Shown here in pieces: positions 18,984-22,780 of a DNA stretch of 22,780 nucleotides. Source of the stretch: Chiloscyllium plagiosum (taxonomy: Eukaryota); the NCBI RefSeq assembly GCF_004010195.1, contig NC_057719.1, positions 88,405,993-88,428,772 of the forward strand, written 5' to 3'. Numbering within the stretch: position 1 is the first letter of the stretch; each line of letters begins with the position of its first letter. Below the pieces are notes generated by a model. That model did not search any database and was not told where the DNA came from. It saw only the letters and a program-made list of their open reading frames with translations. The position numbers were made by a program, and so were the translations under genes.

Positions 18984-19150
18984 AAAGTGAGTACTGCAAA
19001 TGCTGGAGATTCGAGTCAAGGTCTGGTGCTGGAAAAACACGGCAGGTCAGGCAGCATCCGAGGAACAGGAAAATCGGCGTTTTGGGCAAAACCTGCCTGA
19101 TGAAGGGCTTTTGCCCAAAACGTCAATTTTGCTGCTCCTTGGATGCTTCC
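18984..19150. mobile_element. Head-to-head pair of Penelope terminal repeats with no internal sequence
   Basis: 18984-19095 is the minus-strand terminal repeat (compare 12771-12890 and 22600-22725), and 19096-19150 is the plus-strand repeat starting CCTGATGAAGGGCTTTTGCCC. Confidence 0.85.
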
Positions 19151-19534
19151 CAATCAACTTTTGTTCTAAACCACAGCTCTATTTGTGTTCAGCATCCCTC
19201 GAATCCAATTCATCTGCAAATTAAACTTCGCTCACTGCGAATTCAAACTGCTGTTTAAACGATGTTCGCTTTTCAAAACATGCAGCAATCCTTTAAAACA
19301 GACACCCCCTCCTATTTCAGCCCACAATATTTTAAAAAATAAAATAAATTAAAAAGCCACAGTCATTTCAGATTTTGAAACTTGCACCTATATATTTTTT
19401 GAATTTGGATGTTGTCCTATAGATGGTGATGATGAGGTTGGGGGTTTGGAGGGAAGGGTTCCAATGGCATCAGATTTCTGTCCACCACTCAATAGAATAC
19501 TCATACATGCTTTACAATTCATGACGTTACTGAC

Positions 19535-19664
19535 ATAGTCCAGCACATGGGCTGCAGGGGTTCGAGAAGGCAGCTCACCTCCGCCTTCTCAAGGGGCAAC
19601 TAGGGACGGGCAATAAATGCTGGTCCAGTCAGCAACACCCACCTCCGTCCACTGAATACAAAAT
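19535..19664 (+). mobile_element. 3' end of a CR1-clade LINE with a different tail type
   Basis: CACATGGGCTGCAGGGGTTCGAGAAGGCAGCTCACCTCCGCCTTCTCAAGGGGCAACTAGGGACGGGCAATAAATGCTGG...CCCAC...TGAATACAAAA; recognised from recalled shark LINE/SINE tails. A decayed relative lies at ~8070-8138. Confidence 0.65.
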
Positions 19665-20273
19665 AATTACTGGCTACATTTTAATTTTTTTTATTGAGCT
19701 ATGAAAACAGCCTTTTGAGATGTTGGGGCAGTGTTGAGAATTGCTTGGTATGTGAAAGGAGGGGTGTCTAGGATCTTGGAAGTAGCTTTTGAACCACAGC
19801 CTGTAGGAGGCAGCTTTCACAATGAAAGTGGTGAAAGTCCATTTAATTCCAGGAGCTGCTAACAGGTGAAAAGGAGTTAAGAGTAGAGCCTTTTAACTTT
19901 AGAAATTACAGCCTCCGCTTAGATCACGGGTACACAAAAGCATGCAATAATTGAAAGGAATTAAAATAGCATGTGTGTTTTCATTTGGTGGATTCGATCG
20001 TTACAGCAATAAAGGTTAGACCTGGTGAGCGTGTGTTCTGAAGGACAGTGATGAATGCGAAGCATTAATGTTGTGTTCAGTTGTTCAGGGTTTGACTGTC
20101 TGTTTCTGATTGCTTACTGTGCTGTGTGCTGTGTTAAACCTGTAGTTATGGTCACAGAGAAACAGAAGCTAAGCTGTTAGCTTGTGGCTAAAAGCATGAA
20201 GAAAATATTTGAAATAAAACTCTTGCATAACTGATGTGTCTTCAACGCAGCGCAATGCCCATATCTCCGACTT

Positions 20274-20333
20274 GGAAGAGCTGGTGTTAAACTGGGGTGG
20301 ACAAAGTTAAAAATCACATGACACCAGGTTATA
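20274..20333. repeat. Truncated interspersed-repeat terminus, possibly from a further Penelope-like family
   Basis: GGTGTTAAACTGGGGTGGACAAAGTTAAAAATCACATGACACCAGGTTATA is recalled as a frequent shark repeat end; it stops where the CR1 at ~20339 begins. Confidence 0.4.
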
Positions 20334-20338
20334 AATTT

Positions 20339-20597
20339 ATAGCTTTAAATTAAGGGGGGGTAGATATAGGACTGATGTTAGGGGTAGGTTCTTCACTCAG
20401 CGAGTCGTTAGTTCATGGAATGCCCTGCCAGTAACAGTGGTGGACTCTCCCTCTTTATCGGCATTTAAGAGGGCATTGGATAGGTATATGGAGGATAGTG
20501 GGTTAGTGTAGTTTAGGTGGGCTTGGATCGGCGCAACATTGAGGGCCCAAGGGCCTGTACTGCGCTGTATTCTTTCTATGTTCATGTTCTATGTTCT
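20339..20597 (+). mobile_element. Relatively young CR1 3' end with (TTCTATG)n tail
   Basis: Clean frame SFKLRGGRYRTDVRGRFFTQRVVSSWNALPVTVVDSPSLSAFKRALDRYMEDSG; 3' UTR GATCGGCGCAACATTGAGGGCCCAAGGGCCTGTACTGCGCTGT with CpGs retained; tail TTCTATGTTCATGTTCTATGTTCT. Confidence 0.9.
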
Positions 20598-20608
20598 CCC
20601 CACACCAA

Positions 20609-20624
20609 CCCCCCCCCCCCCCCC
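20609..20624. repeat. C16 homopolymer
   Basis: A run of 16 C residues seen directly. Confidence 0.9.
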
Positions 20625-20820
20625 AAACATGTCATCTTGAAATGCAGCATCCAGTGAAAAACAAAACAAATTGAGAAAACTGTTGTTCACCCGGAACTCA
20701 AAGATCTACAGCTTGCACTGCTGCTGAGGATACACATTAACTGCTAAACAATTGTGGTCTCAGGTTAAGAATGTAATACCTTTTGTGACTCTAAGGACTG
20801 TTTAACTATGTAACCTTGAC

Positions 20821-20836
20821 TGTGTGTGTGTGTGTG
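20821..20836. repeat. (TG)8 microsatellite
   Basis: TGTGTGTGTGTGTGTG seen directly. Confidence 0.9.
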
Positions 20837-20967
20837 TTATGTTACATTTTATTATTCTGCTTGATGTTAGGTTATAAGCTAATGAAATGCAAGTTTCTGT
20901 CACCCAAGAGAACCTTGATAACTGGCACTTCCAACTTTTAGCAAATTGTGTTTTCATTGAAAAAAGC

Positions 20968-21048
20968 ACAAAAACAGAAATTGCTAAAGAAACTCAACAA
21001 GTCTGGCAACATCTGTGGAGAAAAATCAGTTAATGTTCTTCAGAACTA
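20968..21048 (-). mobile_element. Terminal-repeat remnant of the second Penelope-like family
   Basis: AAAAACAGAAATTGCTAAAGAAACTCAACAAGTCTGGCAACATCTGTGGAGAAAAATCAGTTAATGTT is a reverse-complement relative of 11238-11322. Confidence 0.6.
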
Positions 21049-21184
21049 TATTTTAATTGAAGTGTGATAATTGTATGCATAAAGGAAATAAAAACAATTA
21101 TTGTGGCCGATTTAAGAGGCTGGACTATTTCTGCAAGTTCTTACTGCCTACACTTCCACCCAACTCCTTCAAATCTCCAGTCCT

Positions 21185-21938
21185 TCAATTTGGATAAATA
21201 TGAGGTATTTTGGTAAAACAGACAAGGGCAGGACTTATGCAATTAAACATAGGGCTTTGAGTAGTTTTGTAGAACAGAGAGTAGGGTTTCAGGTTCATAA
21301 TTCTTTGACGTTTGGGTCACATATAGATAGGGTGGTTTAGCATGCTTGCTTTCATTGCTTACACCTTTAAGTATAGGAGTTGGTACGTCACGTTGAGGTT
21401 GTCCAAGATGTTGGTGAGGTCTCTTTTGGAGTACTGTGTGCAGTTCTGCTTGGCCTGCTATAGGAAAAATGTTATTAAACTGGAGAGAGTTTAAATAAGA
21501 TTTACCAGGATGTAGCCAGGAATGGAGGGGTTGAGTTACAAGGAGAGGCTGGGACCTTTTTCACTGGAGTGTAAGAGATTAGAGGTGACATATAGAGGCT
21601 TATAAAATCATGAGGGTTATAGATAAGGTGGATAGTTGATGTATTTTCCCTGTGTTAAGGGTTTTCAAGACTAGGGGGCATAGTTTTGAGGTGAGAGGAG
21701 AAAGATTCAAAAAAGGCAATGAGGGGCAAATGTTTCACAAAGAGAGTGGTTTGTATGTGTGAAATGAACCTCTACAGGACGGAGTGGATGTGAGTACATT
21801 ACATTTGGATCCATACATAAATAAGAAATGCTCGGAAGGATATGAGCCAAGCATAGGCAGAGGGGATTAGATTTTGGTCGGCATGGACTGGTTAGACCAA
21901 AGGGTCTGTTTCTGTGTTGTATGAATCTATGACTCTCT
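21185..21938 (+). mobile_element. CR1 LINE 3' ~0.75 kb, degenerate
   Basis: Collinear with 11780-12502 (ATGCTTGCTTTCATTGCT..ACCTTT.AGTATAGGAGTTGG...GAGGTCTCTTTTGGAGTACTGTGTGCAGTTCTG); tail GTATGAATCTATGACTCT. Confidence 0.9.
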
Positions 21939-22124
21939 AACATTGCATGTATGGATATTTGAAGAAGGGAACGAGGTGATACAGCAGTCTTTTACCATGC
22001 AATACTTAGCACTAAATGTTACCAAACCACTCACGTGAGTTAAAGAACTGAGCTCACATGATTACTGAGCTAAAGGGGGTTTCTTTGAACACACTTCAGG
22101 GGACTGTCCTGGATATTTTCTCAC

Positions 22125-22208
22125 CAACACAGCTGTGAAGCAGGTGGGACTTCAACCTGGGCTCACTGGCTCAGAGGTATGGACACTGCCACTATAACTA
22201 CAAGAGCA
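22125..22208 (-). mobile_element. tRNA-derived SINE head
   Basis: The minus strand reads GCTCTTGTAGTTATAGTGGCAGTGTCCATACCTCTGAGCCAGTGAGCCCAGGTTGAAGTCCCACCTGC, with A-box-like and B-box-like motifs. Confidence 0.55.
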
Positions 22209-22599
22209 CTTTGAGAGGGCCGTCCTTGTTTAGTGAAAGAATCTGTTGGCATAAATAATAATGCAGAGAATCTTTACTTAAATGCAAAGCTCACTAGGCC
22301 AGCATTGCTGGGGAAGACTTACATAAACACTTGTAAGCAATGCCGAGGCATCTGAGGTCACGTTCTGGAAAATGGCATTAGAATAGTCTCCTGGTTATTT
22401 TTGAGTGGCCTGAATAATTGGGTTGATGGACCTTTTTCTGTGTTATAGATCTCTATATCTCCAACTGGATGGACTCTCATCACTTGGAGCACACCATTTA
22501 AGAAACAAAAATTGAACATTTGTTCCAGACCACAAATAAATATTTTAATAAATTATTTGATCTTCCATATCCTGAAGAACAAATATTCAACAATTTGTG

Positions 22600-22780
22600 G
22601 TAAAAACAATGACTGCAGATGCTGGAAACCAGATTCTGGATTAGTGGTGCTGGAAGAGCACAGCAGTTCAGGCAGCATCCAAGGAGCTTCGAAATCGACG
22701 TTTCGGGCAAAAGTCCTTCATCAGGAATAAAGGCAGAGAGCCTGAAGCATGGAGAGATAAGCTAGAGGAGGGTGGGGGTG
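22600..22780 (-). mobile_element. Penelope-like terminal repeat, well preserved, running off the window end
   Basis: ACTGCAGATGCTGGAAACCAGATTCTGG..GTGGTGCTGGAAGAGCACAGCAGTTCAGGCAGCATCCAAGGAGC...GACGTTTCGGGCAAAAGTCCTTCATCAGGAAT is homologous to 12771-12900, to 18984-19095 and to the reverse complement of 13895-14026. Confidence 0.88.
22697..22724 (-). ncRNA. Minimal hammerhead-ribozyme motif with intact core
   Basis: Minus strand: CUGAUGA-A-GGAC-UUUU-GCCC-GAAA-C-GUC. All invariant core nucleotides are present, with an ACGU palindrome and one A.C mismatch in stem II; stem I has few base pairs. Confidence 0.7.

Noticed and set aside
20255..20285. Possible 5S rRNA-like fragment
   Set aside because: There is only a short, gapped resemblance, too weak to support a call.

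Overview
Eukaryotic, repeat-dense vertebrate DNA, most likely from a shark or other elasmobranch (inferred from HE1/V-SINE copies, their CR1-type partner LINEs and Penelope-like elements). The only host gene I can support is the first coding exon of a CRIP2-type LIM-domain gene on the minus strand (10753->10711, MASKCPKCEKTVYF, then a consensus G|GTAAGT donor). Bases 1-10710 are therefore probably intron 1, and bases above ~10900 are promoter/upstream DNA. The rest is mostly decayed retroelements: many CR1 fragments, three HE1 SINEs, other tRNA-derived SINE remnants, a probable solo LTR, a decayed tRNA-Asp copy and several Penelope-like (GIY-YIG) elements. The most notable signal is a set of minimal hammerhead-ribozyme motifs (CUGANGA...GAAACGUC) in the Penelope terminal repeats, some in head-to-head inverted pairs. 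There is also a ~124-bp near-perfect tandem duplication in intron 1 that may be an assembly artefact. I see no prokaryotic or CRISPR-like system. Repeat family names come from recalled consensus sequences, not a database search, and repeat boundaries are approximate (about +/-20 bp).
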